From Candidatus Parvarchaeota archaeon (GTDB taxonomy: Archaea; Nanobdellota; Nanobdellia; JAFCGN01), in the NCBI GenBank assembly GCA_017608045.1, contig JAFCGN010000001.1, positions 12,241 through 76,240 on the forward strand: a DNA stretch of 64,000 nt, written 5' to 3'. Positions 1-11,800 of the stretch are shown here, in pieces. The position numbers and the translations under genes were made by a program. Below the pieces are notes generated by a model that was not told the origin of the DNA, ran no database searches, and saw only the letters and a list, made by a program, of their open reading frames with translations. Every line of letters begins with the position of its first letter. Within the stretch, counting starts at the first letter, position 1.

Positions 1-786
1 TGTAAGAGAAAAATTAGCACTAAATATTTTCTTATTTAATTTGTCTTTAAGCAAACTCTTGCCTTCAAGAACATTATTCAACCAGATTGAAGGACTAAAT
101 ACAGATTCTAATAAATCTTGAATTGCAGGATAATTAAGAATAACATTCATTTTTTTTGTAGGTATTTTAACAGGATTTATAGATGTTTTGCATAAATTAA
201 CAGCATTATTTACAAAAAAATCAAAATTTGGATACCTTCTTGAAACACAGTATTCGCTTGCTGTTGCACCTTTTTTTGTAACACTTATCTCAGAAGATAT
301 TAAAGAATCTTTTGAATCAATAAAAATACCATTTGTATTAGCAGAAATATTCCTGTTAATCTCTTTATTCATAACTAATTGCTGAACAATGGTTCCTTCA
401 GCCTTGTTTAAAATGCTTAATCCAACTTCAATCATGTCTTCTTCAGTCATTAAATCAAGTCTGCTTGAACTTGTTCTTACACCCCTATAACTTTGAGTGC
501 TTGGAAGTGAAAAACTCGTTTTTAAAGGCACAGAAACTCTTGCAGATTTTATTGCATTTTTTAAACAAGTTTCCCAATCATCCAAATTTGTTGTTGTAGC
601 GCTTCCGCTTGCATTATCAATTGTAACTCTTATTGTTAGAGTGGTGATATCTCCTGCTGTTATTTTTCTTAATTTTGTATCAAAAAATGCTTTAATTTTA
701 GAATTTTTCTGAACAAAAACTTCAGTATCATATTTTGATTTATTTATAATTTTTTCAATAATCCCTTCCACCAACAATCGCCTCAT
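1..786 (-). CDS. TldE/PmbA-family protein (peptidase U62 partner of TldD); 5' end complete, 3' end cut by window edge
   Basis: Unbroken minus-strand frame from ATG at 784-786 (MRRLLVEGIIEKIINKSKYDTEVFVQKNSKIKAFFDTKLRKITAGDITTLTIRVTIDNASGSATTTNLDDW...) down to position 1 with no stop. It is absent from the ORF track only because it has no stop inside the window. It lies directly downstream of tldD and overlaps it by 32 nt; it has no HExxH motif, as expected for PmbA rather than TldD. Confidence 0.5.
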   Translation of the reverse strand, partial: MRRLLVEGIIEKIINKSKYDTEVFVQKNSKIKAFFDTKLRKITAGDITTLTIRVTIDNASGSATTTNLDDWETCLKNAIKSARVSVPLKTSFSLPSTQSYRGVRTSSSRLDLMTEEDMIEVGLSILNKAEGTIVQQLVMNKEINRNISANTNGIFIDSKDSLISSEISVTKKGATASEYCVSRRYPNFDFFVNNAVNLCKTSINPVKIPTKKMNVILNYPAIQDLLESVFSPSIWLNNVLEGKSLLKDKLNKKIFSANFSLT

Positions 787-2125
787 CAATTTTTATAAAT
801 GGTGCTTTCTCATCAACAGGCACTCTTTGTCCTTTTTTCCCGCATTGTCCTGCTGTAAAAGAAAGTCTTGCTTTTTTTCCAACACCTGAAATTTTATTTA
901 AGATTTTCAAAGAATTCCCGCTTAATGAAACACCTCTTAAAGGAGTAGTTATTTTTCCATTTTCTATTAAAAAAGCTTCTTTTGCATTAAATAAAAAATT
1001 TCCTTTTGTTGGCTCAACAACCCCGCCTCTACTGCCAACAAGGAAAATCCCTTTTTTAATAGATTCAAAAAGTTCTTCTTCAGAAAAGCCTCCTTCTTTC
1101 AAAACAATATTGCTCATTCTTGGAATTGGCAGTGCATTTGCAAATTCACTTCTCCCATTACCAGTTGGCTCTTGTTTCATTTTTGCTGCAGTAGTTCTTG
1201 AATGCAAATAAGATTTTAAAATCCCTTTTTCTATTAAAATTGTTCTTTTTGCTTTTATCCCTTCATCATCATATAAATATGAACCCGAGGATTCTGGAAG
1301 TGTTGGATCATCATAAAGCGTTATTAAATCGCTTGCAACTCTTTCTCCAAGCTTATTTTTAAACAAACTTTGATTTTCTAAAACTGCGTCAGCTTCGCAG
1401 GCATGACCTATTGCTTCATGAAAAAAAACACCTGTTATTTCAGGGTCAAGGATAACAGGATATCTTCCTGCTGGAGCTGGTTTAGCTCTTAATAATGTCT
1501 CGCATTTATTAATAACATTTTTCGCAAGCGCGTTTATATCAATTTTTTTTAAAACCTCCCATCCACCTTGCTTTCCAAAAGTATAATAATATTCTTGAAG
1601 ATTATTCCTATCCTTCATAGTAACAAAAATATTTAATCTGATTATATGCTGTTTTAAATTGATTTCTGAGAATTCGGAATTCAAAAAATTTTTACTTTCC
1701 TCGCTTAAATATACTACTGCTAATGTGTTTTTAATTCTTGGATGCTCTTTTAATTCATCTGTTACTTGCTTTAAAAATTCTATTTTTTCTTCATCACTTA
1801 TGTCAAAAATATTTGAATTCACATTTTTTTCAAGATATTTAACTTTTTTATAATTGCAAATATTTTGCTTTTCGTTGGAATACTTTCCAAACGCCCTTGC
1901 TATATTTAATGCTTTTTTGAAAGCGTTAGAAAGCCTGCCATCATTAAAATATACAAAACCAAGACCATTATTGTTAAAAACCCTTAAACCCTTCAAAGAA
2001 GCATTAATTCTTGAATTCACAGTAACTACTCCATTCTCCATTTTTAACATGTGAGATATTGAAACATTCTCTCTCAAATCAGAATAAGCGATTCTATATT
2101 TTTTTAAAAGATTGAAATACTCCAT
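755..2125 (-). CDS. tldD: TldD-family metalloprotease
   Basis: 456 aa; HEAIGH zinc motif (FFHEAIGHACEAD); C-terminal GGxxxPxxGxxxFNAKEAF region typical of peptidase U62; C-terminus ...IDEAIVGGRDY, TGA stop at 755-757. Confidence 0.8.
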   Translation of the reverse strand: MEYFNLLKKYRIAYSDLRENVSISHMLKMENGVVTVNSRINASLKGLRVFNNNGLGFVYFNDGRLSNAFKKALNIARAFGKYSNEKQNICNYKKVKYLEKNVNSNIFDISDEEKIEFLKQVTDELKEHPRIKNTLAVVYLSEESKNFLNSEFSEINLKQHIIRLNIFVTMKDRNNLQEYYYTFGKQGGWEVLKKIDINALAKNVINKCETLLRAKPAPAGRYPVILDPEITGVFFHEAIGHACEADAVLENQSLFKNKLGERVASDLITLYDDPTLPESSGSYLYDDEGIKAKRTILIEKGILKSYLHSRTTAAKMKQEPTGNGRSEFANALPIPRMSNIVLKEGGFSEEELFESIKKGIFLVGSRGGVVEPTKGNFLFNAKEAFLIENGKITTPLRGVSLSGNSLKILNKISGVGKKARLSFTAGQCGKKGQRVPVDEKAPFIKIDEAIVGGRDY

Positions 2126-2141
2126 AATGTTAAATAAAGTG

Positions 2142-4049
2142 TTAAATAGCCTTTTTAATCTTTGCTAAAATCTTTTTCTTTGACTTGCTCCAAATACAAG
2201 CATGTTCCAAGACTTCGTCTATCGTATTTACAGGAATTATTTTTATCTTCTTCAAATCTTCTTTAGAAAGAAGAACATCTTTTTCATTCATTTTAGGTAT
2301 TATCACGTTTTTTATACCCGCATCAATAGATGCTTTTATTTTAGCATTAACCCCTCCTATTGGCAAAACTTCTCCTCTCACACTTAAAGAACCAGTCATA
2401 GAAAGGTCTTGTTTAATTGGTATTTTTTCTAAAGCACTAACTATTGCAGTAGCAATACTTATGCTTGCAGAATCTCCTTCAACACCTTCATAAGCTTGAA
2501 GAAATTGAATGTGAATATCATAATCCCTTATGCTTTTTCCTGAGTATTTTTTGATAATTGCTGAAACATTTGTTACTGCTTCTGTTGCTATCTTGCCTAA
2601 TTTGCCTGTTGCTATAATGCTTCCTCTCTCTTTAGCGAGAGCAGGTGTAATCGTTGCTTCAATTGGCAAAATTATTCCTGTATTCGTATTACTGATTACT
2701 GCTAAACCATTCACTCTTCCTTCTTTTGAACCCTTTGTTTGAATTACTTGGTATTCCTTCTTTTCTTTTATGTATTTTTGTGCAATTTGTTGTTCAACAT
2801 AACGATTCAATTTTAAACCCTTAATTACATGTTTTCTTTCAACAAATTTAGAACCTTCTTCTTTTGCTATATCGCCTGCTGCTCTAATCAACCCGCCAAT
2901 TTCTCTTAACCTTAAAGTAATTTTTCCTTTCCTCCCGGATCTTCTTCGTGCTTCATCTAAAAGCTCTAAAACCGCTTCTCTTTTGAAATGAGGAATTTTT
3001 TTATCTTTCTCCACTTCTTGAGCAACAAAACGCGCAAACTTCTCCCTGTTTTCAGGAGTATCATCCATCAAACTATTCATGTAAACTTCATAACCATAAC
3101 CCCTTATTCTGCTCCTCATTGCAGGATGCATTTGTTGAATTGTATGAAGATTACCTGCTGCAACAAGAACAAAATCGCATGGTGCAGGAGTTGTTTTAAC
3201 CATTGCTCCAGAAGACCTTTCACTTCTTCCTGTTATTGCAAACTTTTTTTCCTGCATGCTTGTTAGTAAATCTATTTGTGTTTCTTGTTTTAATGTTGCG
3301 ATTTCATCAATAAACAAAACTCCTTTATGCGCTTTATGTATTGCACCAGGTTCCACTCTCTCATGTGCAGGTGTTTGTAATCCTCCTGCTTGAAAGGGAT
3401 CATGACGCACATCTCCAAGAAGAGCTCCTGCGTGAGCACCTGTAGCATCTTCAAAAGGCGCTGTTTTTTTTCCTTCATTGTTTATTAAAAGTTTTGGAGT
3501 CACAATTTTTGGTTTAACAACCCTTAATTTATAGAAAGAGTAATATAATACGAGAACTAAAACAGAAACCATGAGAAACATTGTTGTTATCAAACGATCA
3601 ACACCTATTAGTATATCACTTTTCTCTTTATTTGCAATAAAATCACCGATAAGTTGAATAAAATTCAAAACAACAAAAAACATGAGCAACCATAACCATC
3701 CTTTATTATTGTTAATAGGAGATGATTTTAAAGAATTTATTTTTGCCTTCTCAATTATTTCCTTTCCCTTGCCTGCTTGCACTGTTTTAATAATTGGTTT
3801 ATTCTCATCTTCAAAATTAGGAAAACAAAGCATATCTTCTAACTCTTCGCTTGGCATTAATTCTGCCATTGCTTTGCCTAACAAACTTTTTCCAGTTCCA
3901 GGCTCTCCTATTAATAAAACATTTCTTCTTTGTTTTGCCGCTTTCTTAATAATAGTTACAGCATCATCCTGTCCTATAACCTGGTCTATTAATTTTTGCG
4001 GAATTTTTATTTCCTTTGTTGTCTTAAAATTAAGCTCTTTTTTTTTCAT
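2142..4049 (-). CDS. lonB: archaeal membrane-bound Lon protease (LonB)
   Basis: 635 aa; Walker A LLIGEPGTGKS; two TM helices inserted in the AAA+ domain (WLWLLMFFVVLNF..., ...MFLMVSVLVLVLYYSFY); C-terminal Lon proteolytic domain (MTGSLSVRGEVLPIGGVNAKI). Confidence 0.85.
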   Translation of the reverse strand: MKKKELNFKTTKEIKIPQKLIDQVIGQDDAVTIIKKAAKQRRNVLLIGEPGTGKSLLGKAMAELMPSEELEDMLCFPNFEDENKPIIKTVQAGKGKEIIEKAKINSLKSSPINNNKGWLWLLMFFVVLNFIQLIGDFIANKEKSDILIGVDRLITTMFLMVSVLVLVLYYSFYKLRVVKPKIVTPKLLINNEGKKTAPFEDATGAHAGALLGDVRHDPFQAGGLQTPAHERVEPGAIHKAHKGVLFIDEIATLKQETQIDLLTSMQEKKFAITGRSERSSGAMVKTTPAPCDFVLVAAGNLHTIQQMHPAMRSRIRGYGYEVYMNSLMDDTPENREKFARFVAQEVEKDKKIPHFKREAVLELLDEARRRSGRKGKITLRLREIGGLIRAAGDIAKEEGSKFVERKHVIKGLKLNRYVEQQIAQKYIKEKKEYQVIQTKGSKEGRVNGLAVISNTNTGIILPIEATITPALAKERGSIIATGKLGKIATEAVTNVSAIIKKYSGKSIRDYDIHIQFLQAYEGVEGDSASISIATAIVSALEKIPIKQDLSMTGSLSVRGEVLPIGGVNAKIKASIDAGIKNVIIPKMNEKDVLLSKEDLKKIKIIPVNTIDEVLEHACIWSKSKKKILAKIKKAI

Positions 4050-4145
4050 ATAATCACTCTTTATGAAATCACTGTCTTTCTAACATTAGAATCAAACTAA
4101 GATATAAAAAGTTTAGGGAATATTAAAAAGAATTTTTAAGTTTTT

Positions 4146-4436
4146 TTAGTATGCGTTTTCTTCTTGTGGCTCAAAACTTGGTATTGCTGATTTACTGAGA
4201 ATAACTATGTCTCCAATACTAATTAAATATTGATGAGGAACAATAACTCCTTTTGCACCTATGCCTACTGCTTTTGATAATAAACTTCCATTAGTGTTCT
4301 TTATTTTCCAACTTATGATTTTATTTTTTTCAATATTTAAATCTTCAACATCTCCAAAATAATCCCCGCCATCAGTATAAACCTTCATTCCATAAATTTT
4401 TGAAACATTTTTTAATTTCAGCATATTGCTCACCAT
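4146..4436 (-). CDS. small PRC-barrel domain protein
   Basis: 96 aa; pattern VYTDGGDYFGDVEDLNIEKNKIISWKI resembles PRC-barrel proteins; lies beside scpB/scpA. Confidence 0.4.
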   Translation of the reverse strand: MVSNMLKLKNVSKIYGMKVYTDGGDYFGDVEDLNIEKNKIISWKIKNTNGSLLSKAVGIGAKGVIVPHQYLISIGDIVILSKSAIPSFEPQEENAY

Positions 4437-4496
4437 TTTTTATTAATAATAACGTATTACCTCCTTTTAATAAATTTTGTTGTATTATTTTTATCA

Positions 4497-5003
4497 CTAT
4501 TTTTTATTAAAAATCTTTTTTTCATCCCCTTTTTTTATCTCAAAATACTCATAAAATTTTTTGCCTAACCTTAATTGTCTTGTCCTTCCATGTGGTTTGC
4601 TCACAACAAAACCAATATTGCATAAATGATCAATATGATCATATGCTTTATTCCCACGTATTTTTATTACATCTGATTGAAGAATAGGGTTTTTATAAGC
4701 AATAACAGCTAATGTTCCAAGCAATGCTTTACTAAATTCTCTTTTTGCAAGGTCTTTAACTGCAGAAACATAAGCATTATTAATTCTCATAAGCCATTTA
4801 TCATTTATACAAGTAACAACAAACCCTCCTTTATGTTTTTCTTTCAATTTTTTTAAACATTTATTAATTATGCTTTTGTTAATTCCCGTCCTTTCCTTTA
4901 TTTCATTAATCGTCATTCCTGAAACACTTGTAAATAAAAGTGCTTCTATAATCTCCATTTCTTTTTTTAAATCATTTTTTTCTTCCAATTTTAATCTCAC
5001 CAA
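4497..5003 (-). CDS. scpB: segregation and condensation protein B (ScpB)
   Basis: 168 aa; N-terminal IIEALLFTS... and winged-helix repeats typical of ScpB; overlaps upstream scpA by 32 nt. Confidence 0.65.
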   Translation of the reverse strand: MVRLKLEEKNDLKKEMEIIEALLFTSVSGMTINEIKERTGINKSIINKCLKKLKEKHKGGFVVTCINDKWLMRINNAYVSAVKDLAKREFSKALLGTLAVIAYKNPILQSDVIKIRGNKAYDHIDHLCNIGFVVSKPHGRTRQLRLGKKFYEYFEIKKGDEKKIFNKK

Positions 5004-5700
5004 ATTCCTCTTCTTGTTTTAAATTTATTTTGTTGTCATTAGCAAGTTGAAGTAATGGAATAAACGTCCAAACAATATCCTTTTTGCTTGTGTTTCTTTC
5101 TAAAAGCTCATCAAATAAAATCTCGTCTTTTTTATTTATATTCAAAAGCTCGCAAATTCTTGAATAAATTTTTTTTATTTTGTCAGTTATGTTTATTGGT
5201 TTGAATTTATATTTCATTCTTTCAATCTTTTTTCTTCGCCTCATTCTTTCTTTTTTCCTATCAAGAACTTTCATTGATTGGTGGAGTGCATCTACTAATT
5301 CATCAATTGTAACTTTTCTAAAACGCACAGGAGAAAGATTAGGTATAATCTCAAAATCATTTGGCAACTCTAAAAAGTCTTCTTCTTGTTTGTTTTTCCT
5401 TAAGATATCAAGTATTCCTGCTAATTCGCTTAAATAATAATCTTTTCTTACAAGGGAATTATAATCAAAATATTCTGATTTTAAACGTACAAGAATTGAT
5501 GCTGCTAAAATTATTTTTCCACTTATCCTAAAATCGTGTTTCCCTAATTTTTTTATAAATTCCAAATATTTTTTAGTTATTAAACCAACATTAATATCCC
5601 AAGGATCCATGCCTTCCTTTTTAACAATATCTCTAAGAACACCCTCCCACGTAAGTTTAGGAGAAAGTATTATATTGTATATTTTTTCTTCATAGGTCAT
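4972..5700 (-). CDS. scpA: segregation and condensation protein A (ScpA, kleisin)
   Basis: 242 aa, basic and coiled C-terminus, directly upstream of and overlapping scpB, smc in the same neighbourhood. Confidence 0.6.
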   Translation of the reverse strand: MTYEEKIYNIILSPKLTWEGVLRDIVKKEGMDPWDINVGLITKKYLEFIKKLGKHDFRISGKIILAASILVRLKSEYFDYNSLVRKDYYLSELAGILDILRKNKQEEDFLELPNDFEIIPNLSPVRFRKVTIDELVDALHQSMKVLDRKKERMRRRKKIERMKYKFKPINITDKIKKIYSRICELLNINKKDEILFDELLERNTSKKDIVWTFIPLLQLANDNKINLKQEEEFGEIKIGRKK

Positions 5701-5775
5701 TTAATTCCCCGTTCCCCACCCACAATTTCTAAAGGGAACGCCGAATAAACAAATGAATTGTTAATTAATTAATTT

Positions 5776-8103
<2,328 letters not shown>

Positions 8104-8424
8104 CTAAAACTTGAGTATTATAATTCTTTTTTTCAATTTAGGTATTTTGGCTCTGCCTTTTGTTTCAAACTCAATCATTTTGTGTTTTTCAAGAGCACAA
8201 AGATCTTCATAAACATTTTTTACATCTCTATTCAATTTTTCTGCAAGATCTCTTATTGAAAAAAAAGAATTATTGCTTAACTTGCTTAACATTTCTAAAC
8301 GTTTTTTTGTAAATATTTCTAATAAATCAAAACAATCATCATTAAACAAATTAAATTCAACTTTGTAATCAACTTCTCTAAAAATTTTTTCAATCTCTTG
8401 ATTAATCCCACTATTTTTAATCAT
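8104..8424 (-). CDS. winged-helix DNA-binding transcriptional regulator (ArsR/TrmB-like)
   Basis: The ORF-track 196-aa ORF has a low-complexity N-terminus translated from the GC-rich repeat island; the plausible gene starts at M91 (MIKNSGINQEIEK...) = 8424. C-terminal SIRDLAEKLNRDVKNVYEDLCALEKHKMIEFETKG resembles a wHTH recognition helix plus wing. Confidence 0.5.
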   Translation of the reverse strand: MIKNSGINQEIEKIFREVDYKVEFNLFNDDCFDLLEIFTKKRLEMLSKLSNNSFFSIRDLAEKLNRDVKNVYEDLCALEKHKMIEFETKGRAKIPKLKKRIIILKF

Positions 8425-8484
8425 GAATAAGTGAAGCAAAATTTTATTTATAAATATTTTGGTATAAAATACCAACAAAACTCT

Positions 8485-8800
8485 TTCTTTCTGCCCCTTT
8501 CTTGTAAGAAAGGTGTAAGTTGCCCCAAAGAACATATTAAAATAAAGTGTAAAGAAGGTTCTGACTCTGCCCCTTTCTTGTAAGAAAGTTTTAATTGGTT
8601 GCTGGAGGTTCTGATTGCTGGAGGTTCTTAATGGTTGCTGAGTATTTATTAAGGGAGGTATCGGAACTACAAAACTTTTGTTTTGTGTTCGCAAAGCAGA
8701 GCTTTGCTGAACCGTAGGTTCTGATGCTGAAGGTTCTTAATGGTTGCTGGAGATGGTAAGAACCCGCTGGAGGTTCTTACGTCTAAGAAAGTTTAATAAT
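8485..8800. repeat. GC-rich island of direct repeats and palindromes in the regulator/smc divergent intergenic region
   Basis: 23-bp perfect direct repeat tctgcccctttcttgtaagaaag at 8490-8512 and 8565-8587, each with palindrome CTTTCTT-GT-AAGAAAG; related palindrome ttcttacgtctaagaa at 8774-8789; ggttgctggaggttct and ggttcttaatggttgctg units repeated at about 8597-8640 and 8717-8752; hairpin gcaaagc-aga-gctttgc at 8691-8707; mutually exclusive helices ggttctta/taagaacc at 8733-8780. Confidence 0.6.
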
Positions 8801-8803
8801 TAT
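8790..8803 (+). promoter_or_regulatory. candidate TATA box for smc (tttaataattatat), 22-35 nt upstream of the ATG
   Basis: AT-rich TATA-like element upstream of 8825; archaeal mRNAs are often leaderless or short-leadered. Confidence 0.3.
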
Positions 8804-8824
8804 ATTTGTTTTTTTCTTGTAATA

Positions 8825-11800
8825 ATGACATGGATTAAAAAAATTGAGATGCAGGGATTCAAAAGTTTTGCGAATAAAACAGTAATATCTTTTGATAGAA
8901 ATCTTTCTGTTATTGTTGGCCCTAATGGTAGTGGTAAATCAAACATTGTTGATGCGTTGTTTTTTGTTTTAGGAAAAACGAGTAAAAAGGATATGAGGGC
9001 AAGAAAGCTTGGTGAGTTAGTGTTTAATGGTGGGAAGGGTGGTAAACCGTCAAGTGAAGCAAGAGTTGATTTAATTCTTGATAATGAAGATGGAAGTATT
9101 GCAGGATTCAATGATAAAGAGGTTCGCATTTCAAGAAGAGTTGATAAAAAAGGAAACAGTGATTACAGGTTAAATGGTAAAAGAGTGACAAAGGCTGAGA
9201 TTGATAGTTTTTTAAGAAACATAAATATTGACCCAGAAGGATTTAATATAATAAAGCAGGGAGAAATTGCGAGATTTGTTGAAATGCATCCTGAAGAAAG
9301 AGCAGATATTATTAAAGAAATTGCAGGCATTTCTGTTTTTGAAAATAAAAAAGAAAAAGCATTAAAGGAATTGCAAAAAGTTCAGGATAAAGTAAAAGAG
9401 TTAAACATTGTATTAAAGGAAAAGGAAAAACAATTGCAAAGCTTGTTGGAAGATAAAAAAACAGCTGAAAAATATCTTAAATTAAAAAATAAGGTAATTT
9501 ATTCTGAAGCGCTGGTTTTAAACAAAAAATTGGAAATAAGTAAAAAGAAGTTTGATGAAATTAATTCAAATATTAATAAGTTAAATAATGAAATTGATAG
9601 ATTAAATAGTGAAATTAATAAATTAAATGAAACAGAAAAAGAAAAAGAGAGTGAAATAAAGGAATTAAGCAAAAAAATTGAGAATGAAGGTGAAAAAGAG
9701 AGCAAAAAAATTGAGAATGAAATAAAGGAATTAAGAATAAATATTGAGAGCAAAGAAGATTTAATAAGAGCGTATAAAGAGCAATTGGAAAGGTTAAAAG
9801 AAAAAAAGGAGAATACAAAAAAAGAAAGAATTGAAAATGAAAAAAAACAGAAAGAATTGAAAAAAATTATAAGTATAAAAAAAGAAAAACTGAAAACTTT
9901 AAAAGAAGTAATAGAAAAAAAGGAGGAGTTTTTAGAAGAAAATAAATCAGGAGAGCATTTTTTTGTGCTTCAAAGAGAGTCATTAAGTATTGAAGAAGAA
10001 ATTGTAAAACTTGAGAACAAATTAGAAAAAGCAATTGAAAACAAAAAATTGCTTAAAAAAAAGTCATTATTAGAAAAAGAATTCTTGCTTTATGATAAAA
10101 AACTAAAATTAATTAATAAGAAATCTTCGCAACAAAGAGAATTAAAAAAAGAAATATTAAAAAAACAAGAAGAAGTTGAAAAATATTTAAATTATCTTAT
10201 AACTGAAAAGACAAAAATAGAAGAAAGAATAAAGATAAAACAAGCGTTCAGAGAAGAAGGTATAAAAGAGATTCTGAAATTGAAAAAAAACCCGGGAATA
10301 GGGCATAAGATTTACGGAACTTTCGCAGAATTAATAACTGTTCCTGGAGAATATGCTTACGCGTTCAAAGAACTTGCAGGAGAAAACTTGAAAACAATTG
10401 TTGTAGAAGACAAAAAAACAGCGTTAATATGCGTAGATTATTTATTAAAAAATAGGTTTGGTAAAGTAAGGTTTCTTCCTTTAAAAGAATTAACTGAAAT
10501 TAAAATCCATGAGAGGAATAATAAAATAAATGGAGAGAAAGCAATTAATTTAATAAAATATGATAAAAAATTTGAAAAAGCAATTAAGTGGCTTTTTGGA
10601 AATAGTTTAATTGTTGATGATATAAATAAAATCCCATTAAATGAAATTGCTGTAGATAAAAAAGGGGTTGTGGTAAAAAATAATTTAATTATTGGAGGTT
10701 CTGAAACAAGTAGAACAGGATTTAAAGAAGAAGATAATGAAAAAAAATTGTTAGAATTGAACAAAAATTTAGAAGATTACAAGAGTTATAAAATAAAGTT
10801 AAAAAATGAAGAAAACAAGATTACAGGAATTATTAATAGTATCTTAAATGAACAATCTGAAATAAAAAATAATTTGAATTTAATAAAAACTCAATTAAAA
10901 GAAATAGAGAAAAAAATTGATGTGGATTTCCCAAAAGAAGAGGATATAAGAAAAAAATTGAATAAATTAAAAGAAGATAAGAAAAAAATTGAACTTATTC
11001 TTTCAAGCACGAAGAAAACAATAAGTGAAGATGAAATCAAGGAATTAGAAAGAGAATTAAAAACATTAAAAAACAAGTATCAGGAAATGGTTTTAGACAT
11101 TAAAACAAAAGAAGCTGAATTAACGCAAGTGCTTATGAGTGAAAATAAAAGAATAATAAATATTTTAAACCAACTTGATAAACAAGAAAAAGGATTTAAA
11201 ATTGATATTAAACAAATGGAAGAATATGTGAAAGATTCAAAAAAACTTTTGAAAGAAAAAATTGAGTATGAAAAGAAGTTTTTCTCTAACATAAAAAAAT
11301 TAGATAAAAGAAGAAAAAAACTTAAACAAGAATTGGAAAAAATAAGAATTTCTTTAATGAAAACTAAAGGAATGATTGAAAGAAAGGAGGAAATAATTAA
11401 TGAATTAAAAATAAAGAAATCAGAAGTTATAGGAGAAATTGCAGGTCTTAAAGAAAGGTTGAAAGAGTTTTCTCATATTGAAATAAAAAATACAAGAAAA
11501 ACATTAAAGGAGTTATGCGAAGAAGAAGCAAGATTAAGAAGAGAAATAGCAAATTATGGAGCTGTAAATATGAAAGCACTTGACACATACATGCATGTGA
11601 AAAGTGATTTTGAAGTTTTAAAGGAAAAATCAGAAGAACTTGAAAAAGAAAAAGAAGAAGTGCTTAATTTAATTTCACAAATTGAAGGCAAAAAAAAGTT
11701 TGTATTTCTTAATACTTTAAAAGATGTTAATAAGAAATTCAACGAGTCATTTAGTTATTTAAGTCCTGAAGGAGAAGCAAGATTAACATTAGAAACTCCT

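Noticed and set aside
188-712. Plus-strand ORFs 188-385 and 497-712
   Set aside because: Antisense to the long open pmbA-like frame that runs off the window; short and hydrophobic, with no start-context support
2185-4053. Several 60-120-aa plus-strand ORFs inside lonB and similar antisense ORFs inside cdc48, metG, the P-type ATPase, dp2, polB, lhr and others
   Set aside because: They are fully embedded antisense to long, motif-bearing genes. They are typical of AT-rich DNA where stop codons are depleted on the antisense strand.
8485-8800. RNase P RNA or CRISPR array in the GC-rich island
   Set aside because: There is no GGAAAGUCCGG-type P4 motif on either strand, and there is no regular repeat-spacer periodicity. 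The repeats are heterogeneous and partly palindromic.
8425-8824. N-terminal 90 aa of the 196-aa ORF 8104-8694 and the 8744 start of the smc ORF
   Set aside because: Both extensions are translations of the GC-rich repeat island (PIPPLINTQQPLRTSSNQNLQQP..., MLEMVRTRWRFLRLRKFNNY...). Conserved protein sequence begins at internal Met codons (8424 and 8825).
9499-9818. Repetitive sequence, plus minus-strand ORFs 9499-9753 and 9615-9818 (low-complexity S/F/L-rich); considered as a possible CRISPR-like or mobile repeat
   Set aside because: The repeats (gaaataaaggaattaag and caaaaaaattgagaatgaa, each twice) are internal duplications within the smc coiled-coil coding region. They are in frame and encode EIKELSKKIENE-type heptads. 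The minus-strand ORFs are antisense artefacts.
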